64,000 bases of DNA from Mobula hypostoma (lineage: Eukaryota): contig NC_086097.1 of the NCBI RefSeq assembly GCF_963921235.1, positions 19,408,001 through 19,472,000 on the forward strand, read 5' to 3'. Positions 62,469-64,000 of the stretch are shown piece by piece. Under the pieces are notes generated by a model. That model worked only from the letters and a program-made list of their open reading frames with translations, was not told the origin of the DNA and made no database searches. The position numbers and the translations under genes are program-made. Position 1 is the first letter of the stretch; every line of letters begins with the position of its first letter.

Positions 62469-64000
62469 TGTGGTGAACGTTCAGTCCATGATGACAAACG
62501 AGAGGAACTCATTTATCTCAACTGCTGTTTTTATTGCAATAAGCGCAATAACAGACAGAGCTCTATCGCTTGCTGAGAACCGACCCAGTCAAGTGCAGAC
62601 GGGGAAGGTGATTACTACACATCCTGGTTACAGGCAGGGTGACCCACAAGCGAACAACTGTATAACCCGAATGCATTTTAAAACAAGAACAATAAACAGC
62701 ATTGGCCACTAGGAATGCTGGGGCGAGCTGTCGACCACACCACACTGTCACTACCTGAGAGGTCAGCTGAACCCAACAACCCCAGACAAAAGTCCTGGTG
62801 GAGTTTGACGCTGCCTCCTGGGGTCTGGATCGTGACTGTAGCACCCCGCCCAGGGGAAGCACAGTTCGGTGAGGCAAGAGGCAGGGCACCCAGAGTGTCA
62901 CTTCCTTCAGCCTCGCTGAGTCAATGGTGGCTACCAGCTGATCCGGTGCAGCACAACTGCCTTCCACCAGCCAGGAAACCTCATCCAGTATACCACATCA
63001 GAGATGTGGTCGAGCACCTCTTCCAGCCCCATCCAGTGTCTTCCAAACTTAGGGATAGTCCCTCTTTTCTTGGTGGGGCCATAGACCCATACTGGGGCCC
63101 CCACCAGCTACTGTTATATTGCTGCCCTGGACTAGTGGCCCAGCCCCTCCTGGGATGTGCATGAATAGCTCCACGTCCTGCCTGTCCTCGGGCCGATAGA
63201 AGATTTGGCACAGTTTGCCGAAGTCTTTGTGACTCTGAAATTGCTGGCCCCCACCAGCCCCTGCTCCGACCGCCCATGCGAAGCCCCTAGGGGACTGCCA
63301 GCTGCCGGAGATGTCTGCTGCCTTCGGAAATCCGCCACCACCGGAACAGCAAACCGTTGCGCACCTCCAGCATGCCACACTGAGAGATTGGGGGGCTTTG
63401 GTCTCTGGATCCAGGCTGGAAACCTCTGCCTGCTCTGGCCATTGTCCCACGCCCAGCCACCCCCTCACCCGGGCCAGCACGGGCTCACGCTCCTCTTTGC
63501 CGCACAGCCACTGGTGATCAAAAGTGGGGACGCCTACCTCGTCAGCAGCTGCCACCTGAAGCGCAGCCCCGCCACTTGCCCCTGGTTCTGCCGTGTTGCG
63601 CTGGGCCACTGCGGGTCGTGCTGCACAGCTGCGGGCTGCCGGGAGACCGGTGGTGGCTGTTGCTGTCCCCACCGAGTCTGCTTTCTGGGGCTGCCCTGCT
63701 GGAGAGCCATGGCTTCAGCACCGAGGTAGAGTGTTGCCCCCGGCACCTCCACGCAGGCCCCTCCTCCACCCCAGCGGGACAGCACGACTGCCTTCTGCCA
63801 CCCAGGGAACCACATCCGGTGCAGCGCATCGGAGATGTGTCGAGCACCTCTTCCAGCGGGTCGTTGTCCACCCAGGCCGGGATGGCTGGTCCGTGTTGGG
63901 GAGGACACCTGGACAGTTGTTAGCTTGTGTGTTTGTGAGTCACCCTGACTGTAACTGGGGTGTGTAATAATCACATCCCCCGTCTACATGTGACTGAGTT
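62469..64000 (-). mobile_element. Rearranged, GC-rich Gypsy relic (RH-IN linker and integrase pieces, LTR-like flanks)
   Basis: EPVLARVRGWL...EVSSLDPETKA; KLCQIFYRPEDRQDVELF; EVLDHISDVVY-like integrase C-terminus present twice; LTR-like segment from tgtggtg (62469) with a minus-strand aataaa. Confidence 0.65.

Noticed and set aside
62563..63974. Dense overlapping ORFs in a GC-rich block suggesting a gene or CpG-island promoter
   Set aside because: Explained by high GC content and frameshifted Gypsy pol remnants.
1..64000. Prokaryotic-type systems (CRISPR array, retron, operon) suggested by the many RT ORFs
   Set aside because: No regularly spaced repeat-spacer array or operon structure. All RTs carry eukaryotic CR1, Rex1, Vingi-like, Penelope or Gypsy signatures.

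Overview
Eukaryotic, repeat-dominated DNA, most likely intergenic or deep intronic. The repeat repertoire (CR1 LINEs with an esterase ORF1, V-SINE/HE1-like SINEs, Rex1/Babar LINEs, Penelope-like elements) suggests a cartilaginous fish; this is inference. I could not support any host protein-coding gene. Every recognisable ORF is a transposon fragment: at least 15 CR1 pieces (one near full-length at 26.7-32.3 kb), Rex1/Babar pieces, a Vingi/Ingi-like LINE, a Penelope-like element, several Gypsy/LTR relics, and Tc1, pogo/Tigger, Chapaev3-like and hAT DNA transposons, often nested. The most interesting signal is a family of minimal type I hammerhead ribozyme (HHR) motifs (cagtc-CTGANGA-agggtctcggccc-GAAAC-GTC-gactg) on Penelope-derived repeats, in about 10 copies. 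One insertion (42072-42872) contains exactly one circularly permuted 449-nt monomer whose ends rejoin into an intact ribozyme, a candidate retrozyme-like circular RNA. Another (37291-37484) is a 96-bp-arm palindrome of two back-to-back HHR motifs. Several repeat-free islands look like candidate cis-regulatory elements. Family names come from motif recall, not database searches, and most repeat boundaries are approximate.
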